DNA of 64,000 nt, from NCBI GenBank assembly GCA_025457915.1, contig JALOTL010000014.1:5156-69155 (forward strand), given 5' to 3'. Position numbers and translations under genes: made by a program. Below the pieces are notes generated by a model. The model made no database searches. It was not told the DNA's origin and worked only from the letters and a program-made list of their open reading frames with translations. The stretch is from Spirochaetota bacterium (lineage in GTDB: Bacteria; Spirochaetota; UBA4802; UBA5550). Shown here one piece after another: positions 1 to 9,286 of the stretch. Numbering within the stretch: position 1 is the stretch's first letter; every line of letters starts with the position of its first letter.

Positions 1-150
1 TGCTCCGGGTCGGATGAAATGGTCTCGGGAAACGTGACCAGCCGCGCCGGGATCGGGTGGTTCATCATGAAGCCGTTTTTCATCGGCGAGCTCGCGAGGG
101 CCGTGCGCGCAGCCCTGGATGAAGATCCCGGGCTGCGGCCTTTCAAATAA
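1..150 (+). CDS. Partial CDS, C-terminal end of a response-regulator receiver domain (5' end lies outside the window)
   Basis: Frame 1 is open from the window start to TAA at 148-150. The translation ends ...FIMKPFFIGELARAVRAALDEDPGLRPFK, a receiver-domain C-terminal KPF motif. Confidence 0.35.
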   Translation, partial: CSGSDEMVSGNVTSRAGIGWFIMKPFFIGELARAVRAALDEDPGLRPFK

Positions 151-318
151 ATTTCATTTAAAAATTAAATTATATGTTTCCAGGCGCCGGCCGCGTAAAG
201 GCGCATCCCCGCCAAGCCCCGCCAAAATGCGTTCCCGGCGGCGTGCCCCGCAAAATTTGGATTGATTTTTGCCCGAAACGGGGGATACTGCAGGTGTTTT
301 CCGTAAAAGGAGGCAGGA

Positions 319-645
319 ATGGAAATCACCGTTACGAAGAAAGCAAACGCCGTAATCCTGAAGGTCGACGGACGCATGGACGCGTCCACCAGCCCGGAGT
401 TCGACCGTGAGTGCGGCGCGCTCATAGACGCGGGCGAGAGGTCGCTGGTCGTGGATTTCGGCGGCCTTGAATACATAAGCAGCGCCGGGCTGCGCTCCCT
501 TCTCTCGGCGGCGAAAAAATTGAAGGCCATGCAGGGACAGATCAGGCTCTGCCGCATGGGCGGTCTCGTGCAGGAGGTGTTCGCCCTGTCCGGTTTCGCC
601 TCCATGTTCAGCATCTATCCCGGCGTGGAGGAAGCGCTTGCCTGA
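319..645 (+). CDS. STAS-domain anti-sigma-factor antagonist (SpoIIAA/RsbV-like)
   Basis: The 108-aa product has an ...VDFGGLEYISSAGLRSLL... STAS signature with the phosphorylatable Ser region. An AAAGGAGG RBS precedes the ATG at 319. Confidence 0.8.
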   Translation: MEITVTKKANAVILKVDGRMDASTSPEFDRECGALIDAGERSLVVDFGGLEYISSAGLRSLLSAAKKLKAMQGQIRLCRMGGLVQEVFALSGFASMFSIYPGVEEALA

Positions 646-1108
646 ACCAGCGAGACATTCCGCGGGTCCCCTGAGGCTCCCGGCCAGGCGGGAATCCCTG
701 GCCCTGGTCAGGGAATATGTCGGGAAGAACCTCGAGGCGTGCGGCCTGCCAGGGGACCGGCGGCTCAGGTTGGAGCTGGCGGTTGAGGAGATCGCGGCCA
801 ATATCATAACCTACGCCTATTCCCCCGCCGGAAGCGGGGACCTGGAATGCGGATTCGCCGCCGACGGGAAAACGGCCGAGGTTTCACTGACCGACTGGGG
901 CGCGGCGTTCAACCCCCTTGAAAAAGAGGACCCGGACCTTGCGCCTGAACTCGACCGCAGGGAGCCGGGCGGCCTCGGCATATATCTCGCAAGAAACCTG
1001 GCCGGTTCATGCAGCTACAGGCGCGATGGAGGCAGAAACATCCTTACCATCTCGATGCCGCTCCAGCCTGAAGCCGGCAGCGCGCGTTCAAAGGAGGAAG
1101 GGGCATGA
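638..1108 (+). CDS. Anti-sigma regulatory factor, Ser/Thr kinase with GHKL ATPase fold (RsbW/SpoIIAB-like)
   Basis: The ...ELAVEEIAANIITYAY...EPGGLGIYLARNLAG... HATPase_c motifs are present. It overlaps the STAS stop by 8 nt, and the exact start is uncertain. Confidence 0.7.
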   Translation: MPEPARHSAGPLRLPARRESLALVREYVGKNLEACGLPGDRRLRLELAVEEIAANIITYAYSPAGSGDLECGFAADGKTAEVSLTDWGAAFNPLEKEDPDLAPELDRREPGGLGIYLARNLAGSCSYRRDGGRNILTISMPLQPEAGSARSKEEGA

Positions 1109-2613
1109 GCGACTTTCATTTCAGGCTGGTCAGCGGCACGCACCTCTCCGGCCGCGAGGTCGAGGAGGCCTGCCTCGTTCTCAGCGCGGGCTACTCCGCG
1201 TGGCAGAAAAACCCGAAAAACCTCCATCCCGCGGTCACCGACACCTCGCCGGAAGCGTACAGGAAGGTGATGTGCAGCGACAACCACGAGGCAGTGCTGT
1301 ACTACGAGGCCGGCACCCTCCGGGGCGTATTCCTGCACGCCCTCTCGCCCGAATACGACCGCTACCCCCTCAGGAAAATCTCCTACCTGGCCGTCCAGCC
1401 GGCCGAGAAGGGATACGAGCCGCTGAAACGGATCTTCTCGCGGTACGCGGATTTCGTGAGGTCGCAGGGCGAGGACATGGTAATCACGAGCGACCTCGAC
1501 CAGGCAACCCTCAACGGCCTGCTTGAGCACGCCGGCTTCCACGAGGTCGTGGACAGGAACGAGACGTTCTTCATCCTGTCCCACCTGCTGCAGAAAAAAA
1601 TATTCTCCTTCCAGAAGGTGAACGGGGATTTCGTCATAGACCAGATCATCAAGCTCGAAGGCAAGGCGGTGAGGCGCGACAAGAAGCTCCTGAAGCTCCA
1701 GACCACGGGATACGACTTCTATAGTCTTTACAGGGACCAGCAGTCAAAGAGGCTGCGCCGCTCGATCTCGCCCGCCAGGATGGACCTGCTCAGGGCGGCT
1801 TTCGCGCGGGCCGCGGAGGGGGTGCATTTCATCAGCGCCTTCGACGGCACGATCACGCTGGACCGCGAGGACGGGGGAGGATTCAATCCCACGCCCCTGC
1901 TCATCGGCGAAAACGCGGACGGCCTGCGGGGCGAGATCATCGACGAAAAGGCGGGCCTGATATATCTCCTTCCGGGCACCGACGGGGAGCTGGCGAGGAT
2001 CGCTTCGCGCATAAGGTTCCGGCCGGGATTCTTCGATTTCCTTTTCTTCTGCCTCAAGGCCCTCGGTTCGGTCTACGTCATCTCCGGGGCGCTTCCCGGA
2101 CTGGTGCAAGCCGCGCTCGAGCGGCCCCTCGCGCCCGGGCTCCCGCTCTGCTACAGGGACCTGATCGAGAGCGTCATAGCGCCGGACATCACCATGCTCG
2201 GCGGGACGACGAAGAGGCTTTCCGACGGTTCGCTTCGGACCGCGTACAGGGCGGGCGGCGGTTTCGCGGACCTCTCCGGGGGCGAATATTCGGCGCGCAA
2301 GGACCTCATGGTCGAGTCCGTGCTTTCGCTGAAGGGCGACACAGCAGCTCCGGTTGTATATCTCTGCAGCGACCTGAGGGACGCGCCCGCCCTGGCCAGG
2401 CTGTACGATGAGTCGCGCAGGCGGTCATTGCCGGTGATTGTTTTCGATTTTGGAAAAGAGGCCGCGCTCTGGGTCAACAGGGAGGCGGCGGGCATGGACC
2501 CGGAGGCCAATCCCTATTTCAGCGTTGTAGGCATACGCGATTTCTACCAGATCCCGGTCATGCTCGAGGAGGCGGGACTGACCCTCGGACTGGACGAGGA
2601 CTTCCTGGCATGA
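1105..2613 (+). CDS. Hypothetical 502-aa protein inside the partner-switching operon, with a possible GNAT-like N-terminal region
   Basis: The ORF is long with codon usage like its neighbours. It has an ATGA overlap with the upstream kinase stop and another with the downstream phosphatase start. The N-terminal region (YLAVQPAEKGYEPL...HAGFHEV) loosely resembles an acetyltransferase fold. Confidence 0.5.
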   Translation: MSDFHFRLVSGTHLSGREVEEACLVLSAGYSAWQKNPKNLHPAVTDTSPEAYRKVMCSDNHEAVLYYEAGTLRGVFLHALSPEYDRYPLRKISYLAVQPAEKGYEPLKRIFSRYADFVRSQGEDMVITSDLDQATLNGLLEHAGFHEVVDRNETFFILSHLLQKKIFSFQKVNGDFVIDQIIKLEGKAVRRDKKLLKLQTTGYDFYSLYRDQQSKRLRRSISPARMDLLRAAFARAAEGVHFISAFDGTITLDREDGGGFNPTPLLIGENADGLRGEIIDEKAGLIYLLPGTDGELARIASRIRFRPGFFDFLFFCLKALGSVYVISGALPGLVQAALERPLAPGLPLCYRDLIESVIAPDITMLGGTTKRLSDGSLRTAYRAGGGFADLSGGEYSARKDLMVESVLSLKGDTAAPVVYLCSDLRDAPALARLYDESRRRSLPVIVFDFGKEAALWVNREAAGMDPEANPYFSVVGIRDFYQIPVMLEEAGLTLGLDEDFLA

Positions 2614-4601
2614 AGACACCCGAAACACTGAAGCGCGCGATTACGGCCGCGGCCTCCCTCTGGAAGGGCCGCCTTTCGGTGAAGCTGACCGCCTCGGTGC
2701 TCCTCAGCACCGGGTTCATTTTCTGCTCCGTCATCCTGTATTATTACTATTCCTCCAAGGCCATCGTGCTCGACGACGCCCAGACGAACGCCAGGAACCT
2801 CGCGCAGTCCGTCATCAACAGGATGATGATCCTCTCCAACTCCATCGAGACGCTGACGGCGCACACGGCGCGCTCGCTCGAGGTCTATTCCTTCAGGCAG
2901 GACCGCATACGGCAGGAACTCGGCCAGTTCGTCGCGAACAACAGGGACATCTACGGATCGGCGGTCGCCTTCGAGCCCTGGTCCCACGCGCCGGACAGGA
3001 AATATTACGCCCCGTACTGCCACAGGCGCGGCGAGTCCGTCGAGTTCACCGTGCTCGGCGGGCCGGAATACGATTACTTCTCGATGGGCTGGTACTCGAG
3101 ACCGAAGGAGTCCGGGAAGGCGATGTGGAGCGAGCCATACTTCGACAGGGGCGGAGGCAACATCATCATGACCACCTACTCCGTCCCCTTCTACAGCGGG
3201 ACCGGGCCCGGCAGGAAGTTCCGCGGCGTCGTGACCGCGGACGTGTCCATAGAATGGATACACGGGTTCGTCTCCACCCTGAAGTTCTACGACACCGGCT
3301 ACGCGTTCCTTGTGTCCGGAGAAGGGACGGTGGTTTCGCACCCGAACGCCTCGTACATTTTTTCCATGAACATCAACGAATTCACGCGCAGGACCGGGGA
3401 CGGCAGGATGATCGAGCTGTGCCGCAAAATAACGAAAGGGGACGCCGGGTACGGTTTCGCGCGGGATTTCTTCACCAAAAAGGAATCCTTCATTTATTAT
3501 GCCCCAATAATAGCCTCCGGCGCATCCATGGCCTCGATGGTCATATTCGTCCCGGAAGAGGAGCTGTTCGGAGACATACGCAAGCTAGCGCGCAACGTCT
3601 TCGCGATCGGGATAGTCGGGGCCGCGGCCCTCGTGCTGGTGATATCGGCCATCTCGCGGAGGATCACCCGCCCCATCCACTCCCTGGCGGGGATCACTCG
3701 GGAAATTGCCCGCGGCAACCTGGACATCGAGGTGCCCTGCCAGGACTCAGGCGACGAGATCGGCACCCTCGCCCTCTCCTTCACCTCCATGAAGACGGCG
3801 CTCAGAGAATACATCGCGGACCTCAGGGAAACCACCGCGGCCAAGGAAAGGATCGAGAGCGAGCTCAGCCTCGCCCGCGCGATCCAGCAGAGCTTCCTGC
3901 CCCGCGGGCCGCTTCCGGCTGGACCGGTATGCGGCTGCGACGCCTTCGGGGCCATAGAAATGGCGAGGCAGGTGGGCGGAGACCTTTACGATTTCTTCAT
4001 GCTGGACGGGGAACGGCTTTTCTTCCTGATCGGGGACGTTTCCGACAAGGGAATGGCCGCGGCCCTGTTCATGGCCGTCACCAGGACCCTGTTCCGCGCG
4101 GCGGCTTCGCCGCTGATGGAGCCCTCTGCGATTCTGGAACGCGTCAACCCGGAGCTCTGCCGGGACAACGAGTCATCGATGTTCGTGACCCTCTTCTGCG
4201 CCGTGTACCACACCCGAACGGGCGAGCTGAGGTATTCCAACGCGGGGCACAACCCCCCGCTGATCCTGAAGACGGACCGCACGGTCGTCCGCCTGGCGTC
4301 CCCCTCGGGGATCGCGCTGGGAGCGAAGGACGGCGCGGGCTACGAAACCGGCAGCGCGGCCCTCGGCCCGGGAGACGTCTGCCTGGCCTACACGGACGGC
4401 ATCACGGAAGCGATGGACCCGTCCGGGGCCTTCTACACGGAACCACGCCTGGCCGGGACGCTGGCTTCAGCGGAGGATTTTTCCCCGAGGGGACTGGTGG
4501 AACGCGTCCTCGGGTCCGTGCGGGACTTCGCCGGTGGTGCGCCGCAGTCTGACGATATGACTCTTTTCTGCCTGAGGAACACCGGCAGGGGTAACCCGTA
4601 G
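2610..4601 (+). CDS. Sensor PP2C-family serine phosphatase (RsbU/SpoIIE-like) with periplasmic Cache-like domain, transmembrane segments and HAMP
   Basis: It has an N-terminal TM segment and a roughly 300-aa periplasmic domain, then a second TM followed by a HAMP region (...GNLDIEVPCQDSGDEIGTLALSF...). The C-terminal PP2C motifs are GGDLYDF...FLIGDVSDKGMAAALFM...YTDGITEA. Confidence 0.8.
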   Translation: MKTPETLKRAITAAASLWKGRLSVKLTASVLLSTGFIFCSVILYYYYSSKAIVLDDAQTNARNLAQSVINRMMILSNSIETLTAHTARSLEVYSFRQDRIRQELGQFVANNRDIYGSAVAFEPWSHAPDRKYYAPYCHRRGESVEFTVLGGPEYDYFSMGWYSRPKESGKAMWSEPYFDRGGGNIIMTTYSVPFYSGTGPGRKFRGVVTADVSIEWIHGFVSTLKFYDTGYAFLVSGEGTVVSHPNASYIFSMNINEFTRRTGDGRMIELCRKITKGDAGYGFARDFFTKKESFIYYAPIIASGASMASMVIFVPEEELFGDIRKLARNVFAIGIVGAAALVLVISAISRRITRPIHSLAGITREIARGNLDIEVPCQDSGDEIGTLALSFTSMKTALREYIADLRETTAAKERIESELSLARAIQQSFLPRGPLPAGPVCGCDAFGAIEMARQVGGDLYDFFMLDGERLFFLIGDVSDKGMAAALFMAVTRTLFRAAASPLMEPSAILERVNPELCRDNESSMFVTLFCAVYHTRTGELRYSNAGHNPPLILKTDRTVVRLASPSGIALGAKDGAGYETGSAALGPGDVCLAYTDGITEAMDPSGAFYTEPRLAGTLASAEDFSPRGLVERVLGSVRDFAGGAPQSDDMTLFCLRNTGRGNP

Positions 4602-4723
4602 CCGGGCAGGAAACCGGTGAAATCCTCCCCCATTCAACCAATAAATGTCAAAAAAAATCACCGGGATGTCACAAATCAGCATGATTTCAGTATAAGAAGC
4701 ATAAGGAAAGACGGGTAAGCGCC

Positions 4724-5605
4724 ATGTACAATCCATTCGCGGAAAAAGACGGCCGCGGCGCAAGCGACGCCGATTATATCGCCGGAGCGCTGAAGGGCGA
4801 CCCGGAAGCGCTGGAGGGCCTCGTGTTGAGGCACCAGGCATGGATATTCAACATCGCGGTCAACATGACCAACGACGTGGAGGCCTCCCAGGACATAACA
4901 CAGGAGGTCCTCATAAAGGTCATAACGAACCTGTCTTCATACGATCCGGGTAAGGCGGCTTTCAGGACCTGGCTCTACCGCATCGCGGCGAACCACATAC
5001 TCGACATGAAGCGCAGCCGGAAAGAAAGAACCATGTCGGATCTTTACAGGGTGAAAAATTTCAACGAATACATGGCGTCCATACCGGACACCCGCAAATC
5101 CTCCAGGCCCGGCTACCCGGTGATCGCGGAGGAGACCAAAAAAGCCTGCCTCCAGTGCGTACTGCTCTGCCTCGGCAGGAGGGACCGCCTCGTTTTCGTT
5201 CTGGGCGCAATGTTCGGTGCCGGAGACGGAACCGGGAGCGAGATCTGCGGAATCTCTCGCGTAAATTACCGCAAGATCCTTTCGCGCTCGAGGCAGAGGG
5301 TGAGGGACTTTTTCATGAAAAACTGCGGGCTCGTCAGCGACGATAATCCCTGCAGGTGCGGAGAAAGAACGGCCCCGCTCGCCGCGCTCGACATGATCAG
5401 CGAGCCGGGCGTGAAGGCCATGCGCGAGTCCGGACAGACAATAGGCGATACGATAGGCAGGTCGGTGGAAGAGCTGGAGGACTCGTACCACGAGTTCACC
5501 GCGCTTTTCAGGAGCCAGCCGTTTTACCGGGGGCCGGACATGACGGCCTGGCTCAGGGACCTGCTCGGGAGGAGCGACATCCGGGCCCTCCTGGGCACGG
5601 AATGA
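4724..5605 (+). CDS. ECF-type RNA polymerase sigma-70 family factor with a C-terminal extension containing a CRCG motif
   Basis: Sigma region 2 (...RHQAWIFNIAVNMTNDVEASQDITQEVLIKV...FRTWLYRIAANHILD...) and a region 4 HTH (GISRVNYRKILSRSRQRVRDF) are present. An extra C-terminal domain of about 90 aa carries NPCRCGERT. Confidence 0.75.
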   Translation: MYNPFAEKDGRGASDADYIAGALKGDPEALEGLVLRHQAWIFNIAVNMTNDVEASQDITQEVLIKVITNLSSYDPGKAAFRTWLYRIAANHILDMKRSRKERTMSDLYRVKNFNEYMASIPDTRKSSRPGYPVIAEETKKACLQCVLLCLGRRDRLVFVLGAMFGAGDGTGSEICGISRVNYRKILSRSRQRVRDFFMKNCGLVSDDNPCRCGERTAPLAALDMISEPGVKAMRESGQTIGDTIGRSVEELEDSYHEFTALFRSQPFYRGPDMTAWLRDLLGRSDIRALLGTE

Positions 5606-5623
5606 AAACAGAGGAGAACAAGC

Positions 5624-6703
5624 ATGGACATGTACGAAAGGTTCAGGGAAATGCTCGACGCACACCCGTCAGGCGCGCCGGCCAGCGCGGCCTTCACGGA
5701 GATTTTAAAGATATTATTCACCGGGGATGAAATCGAGGCCGCCATCCATCTGGGGTTCATCCCGAAGACAGCGGAGCAGGTCGCGCTCGCGTCCGGCCTC
5801 GAGGTCAGGGAAGCCGAGCGGAGGCTCGACTCCATGGCGGGAAGGCTGGTGATCAATTCGCGCGTGAAGGACGGCGCCACGCTCTACTCCATCCTGCCCA
5901 CGGTCCCGGGACTCTTCGAACTGCAGTTCATGAACGGCGGCGGGACGCCGGCGCACGAGAGGCTGGGCGGGCTCTGGACCGAGTACAACGGCGAGGCCAT
6001 GATCAGGTCCCTGGCGGGCGAGCCGACCCCGCAGATGAGGGTGGTGCCGGTGCAGAAGTCCCTTCTTCCCGAAAACCGCATCCATACACATGACGAAATC
6101 GAACAGATGATCCGCGGATCGGATTACATCGCGGTCGCCCACTGCGCCTGCCGCGTCAGCAAACGCTCGTGCGGTTCGCCGACCGAGGTGTGCCTGATCT
6201 TCGGCGCGCTCGCGAAGGCCGTCGTCAGCCGGGGCAGCGCCAGGCTGGTCTCCGCCGACGGGGCCATGGACGTGCTCCGAACGGCCGAGGAGGCCGGGCT
6301 GGTCCACACAAGCAACAACAGCGCGGAAAAGCCGGTCATAGTCTGCAGCTGCTGCAGGTGCTGCTGCCATTTCCTGCGGGGGCTCACGGAGCACGGTGAG
6401 CGCAATGCCGTTTCGCCGAGCGCCTTCGCCGCGAAAGTGAGGCCGGACGACTGCACCGCCTGCGGGATCTGCAGGGACAGGCGCTGCCCGGTGAAGGCCA
6501 TCGAAGAGCGGGACGGCGCGTATGCCGCGGACCCTGAAAAATGCATCGGCTGCGGACTGTGCGCGTCCGGATGCCCGGCTTCGGCGATAGACATGGTACC
6601 CAGGGAAAAAATCCCCGAAGTCCCCGCCACCCAGCAGGAGATGATACTCACAATGCTGAAGGAGAAGGGGAAGCTGGAGAGGTTCATGAAGCTTTTAAGG
6701 TGA
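5624..6703 (+). CDS. Cys-rich iron-sulfur protein with C-terminal 2x[4Fe-4S] ferredoxin motifs; N-terminal domain unknown
   Basis: The C-terminal CTACGICRDRRCP and CIGCGLCASGCP are CxxCxxCxxxCP motifs. Further Cys clusters HCACRVSKRSCG and CSCCRCCCHF are present. The gene sits 19 bp downstream of the ECF sigma gene. Confidence 0.6.
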   Translation: MDMYERFREMLDAHPSGAPASAAFTEILKILFTGDEIEAAIHLGFIPKTAEQVALASGLEVREAERRLDSMAGRLVINSRVKDGATLYSILPTVPGLFELQFMNGGGTPAHERLGGLWTEYNGEAMIRSLAGEPTPQMRVVPVQKSLLPENRIHTHDEIEQMIRGSDYIAVAHCACRVSKRSCGSPTEVCLIFGALAKAVVSRGSARLVSADGAMDVLRTAEEAGLVHTSNNSAEKPVIVCSCCRCCCHFLRGLTEHGERNAVSPSAFAAKVRPDDCTACGICRDRRCPVKAIEERDGAYAADPEKCIGCGLCASGCPASAIDMVPREKIPEVPATQQEMILTMLKEKGKLERFMKLLR

Positions 6704-6797
6704 GGGGATTGTCGAAGAAATACGGCGATTGTGTCTTTGAAAATGTGATCGTAAGCCCGGGCTGCTCTATGAAAAAATACAGAAGAATCCGGGATTA

Positions 6798-6922
6798 GCG
6801 GAGGATTATTCCCCGGGGCGCATGGTGGAACGCGTCCCGGGGTCCGTGCGGGTGGAGCGCCGCAGTCGGACGACATGACGCTTTTCTGCCTGAGGAACAC
6901 CGGCGGGGGGGGGGAACCCACA
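6798..6922 (+). pseudogene. Degenerate duplicate of the last ~130 bp of the PP2C phosphatase gene (coordinates 4470-4601), with a G10 homopolymer
   Basis: By-eye alignment of 6798-6922 against 4470-4601 gives roughly 85% identity with one ~10-bp deletion. The copy does not reside in an intact ORF in that frame. A G10 run lies at 6905-6914. Confidence 0.6.
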
Positions 6923-7081
6923 GGCCGGCTCCGGCGTTTTTCACAGTCAGCATTAGAGGAATAATACCCGGTTGAATCTCTGCCAATCCCCTGACCGCTT
7001 ATGGCGCAGGAAATAAATAATGTCTTAAGAAAAAAATACTTGATGACGGACCGCTATTTCCGCATATTTATACAAAACAAG

Positions 7082-7258
7082 GAGAAAATTTATGGCGGCT
7101 TTGCGTGAAAAATACATCGTCGACGGCAAGGGAAAAAAAAGTGAAGTCATACTTCCAATCGAGAAATACAATGAACTGCTTGAAGACATCCACGACCTGG
7201 GCATCATCGCTGAAAGAAAAAACGATAAAACCCTGTCATTCGACGAGTTAAAAAAAAG
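7082..7258 (+). CDS. Small antitoxin (58 aa) of a type II toxin-antitoxin pair
   Basis: The ATG at 7082 is preceded by AAGGAGAAAA. The product MAALREKYIVDGKGKKSEVILPIEKYNELLEDIHDLGIIAERKNDKTLSFDELKKRIK is a typical short antitoxin partner. It lies immediately upstream of the RelE/ParE-like gene. Confidence 0.55.
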
Positions 7259-7272
7259 GATCAAATAGCCGC

Positions 7273-7527
7273 TTGTACGATATATGCTTCAAACAACAGG
7301 TCAAAAAAGATTTTAAGCATATTGAACGCCAATATGCGGCCGCCATAGTCGATAAAATCAAAACTCTTGAAAAAAACCCATTTCCTAAAAATTCGCGAAA
7401 ACTGACCGGAACCGAGATGTCATACCGTCTCAGGGTGGGTGATTACAGGATAATATACCAGGTTGACGTCAGACAGAAACTCATAACCATTTTTTACGTC
7501 CGTCACAGAAAAGACGCTTATAAATAA
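7273..7527 (+). CDS. RelE/ParE-family type II toxin (mRNA interferase-like)
   Basis: The motifs ...KQQVKKDFKHI...NPFPKNSRKLTGTEMSYRLRVGDYRIIYQVD...ITIFYVRHRKDAY match the RelE/ParE signature. A TTG start is likely. Confidence 0.8.
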   Translation: MYDICFKQQVKKDFKHIERQYAAAIVDKIKTLEKNPFPKNSRKLTGTEMSYRLRVGDYRIIYQVDVRQKLITIFYVRHRKDAYK

Positions 7528-7933
7528 TTGCAATGATTTACGCTTTGAATTTCCTGCCATAATCCGCCGGATATTTTCTAGCTCCCCTGGAATAGAATCG
7601 CCGCGCGCGCTTCGCGCTGTCCGGCCCGCCGCTTTTTTCTTCTGTAAAACTCTCCCGTTTCATGCCATCCTGCCGCATTGTTTTATCGCTTTGTGCCAGG
7701 GAATTTTTCCCTGTATAAACGGTGCTGTTTTCGGAAAGCCGTCCGCCAATTCGTCCACATTTTATGGAGTTAATCTGGTTTTAATCTTTATTATTGACAA
7801 GCGGTACCGGCAATGATATATTTAATATACGCCTGACGGGCAAGCCATTGTAAATCGCACGTTTTGTATTATTGCGGAACAGTTAAATGCATTTAAGGGC
7901 CACCCGCAAACATTCATTGATCTGGTTCTGGCC

Positions 7934-9286
7934 ATGGAAAGGGAAACGATAGAGAAAAGCGCCATCCGGAAAAAGTACTTCATCAAATCCCAGGTCATTG
8001 TCATGTTCGGCTATGCCATGACCCAGGCCGGGACCCTCGTCGCCAGGCAGCTCGGTTTCTCTTCGATTTCCTACGGTGAAATTCTATTCGTCACCCTCTC
8101 CACAATGGGATTTACCCTGCTCGTTACAGTCGTCGTGAAGCCGAAAAAAATCATAAGCAATGCATTCATCCAGACGGTCGTAAAGATACAATTCGTCTTC
8201 TGGCTTATGATGTACATGTTCTGGATATATTTTCTCCAGGAGGCCAGGATACTGGGTCTGTTTTTCGCCTTCATGCCTCTCATATTTCTCGCGACGAATT
8301 CGAATTTCATCCAATCGCTGATTATTTCAATAGCCGTTGCGGTTATCCAGCTTGTCGCGTCATATTACGCCATCAATTTCGCCCACCAGGGCGGGTCCTT
8401 CAAAGATGTCGTGTTCTATACATCATGGTTTTTTCCTTCGGCGTTATATATCGCCTATGTTGCCGGACTCTTTCACAAAAAGAGAAAAGAAGTCAGGCAG
8501 TCGAAACAGGATGCCGAACTTGCGCGCGACGCCCTCTGGGGAGAGATGGAACTCGCGAAAAAAATACAGACCATACTGCTTCCCAAAAGACCCGACATAT
8601 TGGGATATGAAATTGCAAGCTACATGAGTCCGGCCAATGAGGTTGGAGGCGATTATTATGATATAATCGACTTCAACGGCTATCACTGGATCATCATCGG
8701 AGACGTTTCGGGTCATGGCGTTCCCGCCGGACTGGTCATGATGATGACGCAGACCGCAATTCATAACTCCCTGCAGGACGATCCGAGGATATCTCCGTCG
8801 GACCTCCTGATAAAAATCAATAAAACCATTACGGCCAACATCAAACTGATGGACGAAAGCACATATATGACCATTACGGTCTTTGCCGTAGTCGAAGACA
8901 ATCATCTGGTCTACTCGGGTCTTCACCAGGATATTTTCATTTACAGGGAAAGGGATGACAGGGTGGAGACGCTGCAGACGGAAGGCATGTGGATCGGATT
9001 GATCGATGACATAACTCCCATGGTAAACGACAAAAAGTTCCACCTGGACAGGGGCGACTGCATGCTTCTCTATACCGACGGCGTGACGGAATCATGGGAA
9101 GCCGGTCATGGCAATGATGCCGACAAAAGAGCGCCCCGTTATTTCGGCAAAGACAGGTTGAAGGCAATATTAAACGACGGCGGCAAAAGCAGCCCTGAAA
9201 TACTCAAACGAAAAATCCTCGACGAGCTCAATCACTACAGGAACAACGACGACGTTACGTTTTTAATCATCAAAAGGGTCAACTGA
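7934..9286 (+). CDS. Membrane-anchored PP2C/SpoIIE-family serine phosphatase (N-terminal multi-TM domain)
   Basis: The N-terminal ~190 aa form a hydrophobic multi-TM region. They are followed by the PP2C motifs ...EVGGDYYDIIDF...IIGDVSGHGVPAGLVMMM...YTDGVTE. Confidence 0.8.
   Translation: MERETIEKSAIRKKYFIKSQVIVMFGYAMTQAGTLVARQLGFSSISYGEILFVTLSTMGFTLLVTVVVKPKKIISNAFIQTVVKIQFVFWLMMYMFWIYFLQEARILGLFFAFMPLIFLATNSNFIQSLIISIAVAVIQLVASYYAINFAHQGGSFKDVVFYTSWFFPSALYIAYVAGLFHKKRKEVRQSKQDAELARDALWGEMELAKKIQTILLPKRPDILGYEIASYMSPANEVGGDYYDIIDFNGYHWIIIGDVSGHGVPAGLVMMMTQTAIHNSLQDDPRISPSDLLIKINKTITANIKLMDESTYMTITVFAVVEDNHLVYSGLHQDIFIYRERDDRVETLQTEGMWIGLIDDITPMVNDKKFHLDRGDCMLLYTDGVTESWEAGHGNDADKRAPRYFGKDRLKAILNDGGKSSPEILKRKILDELNHYRNNDDVTFLIIKRVN

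Noticed and set aside
154-807. 217-aa and 149-aa minus-strand ORFs overlapping the STAS/kinase genes, and similar long antisense or alternate-frame ORFs elsewhere (e.g. 3125-4552, 10197-11264, 11340-12227, 43340-43996, 59645-60436)
   Set aside because: They have the Arg/Gly/Pro/Ala-rich composition typical of out-of-frame reading of high-GC genes. They overlap well-supported domain-containing genes on the other strand or frame.
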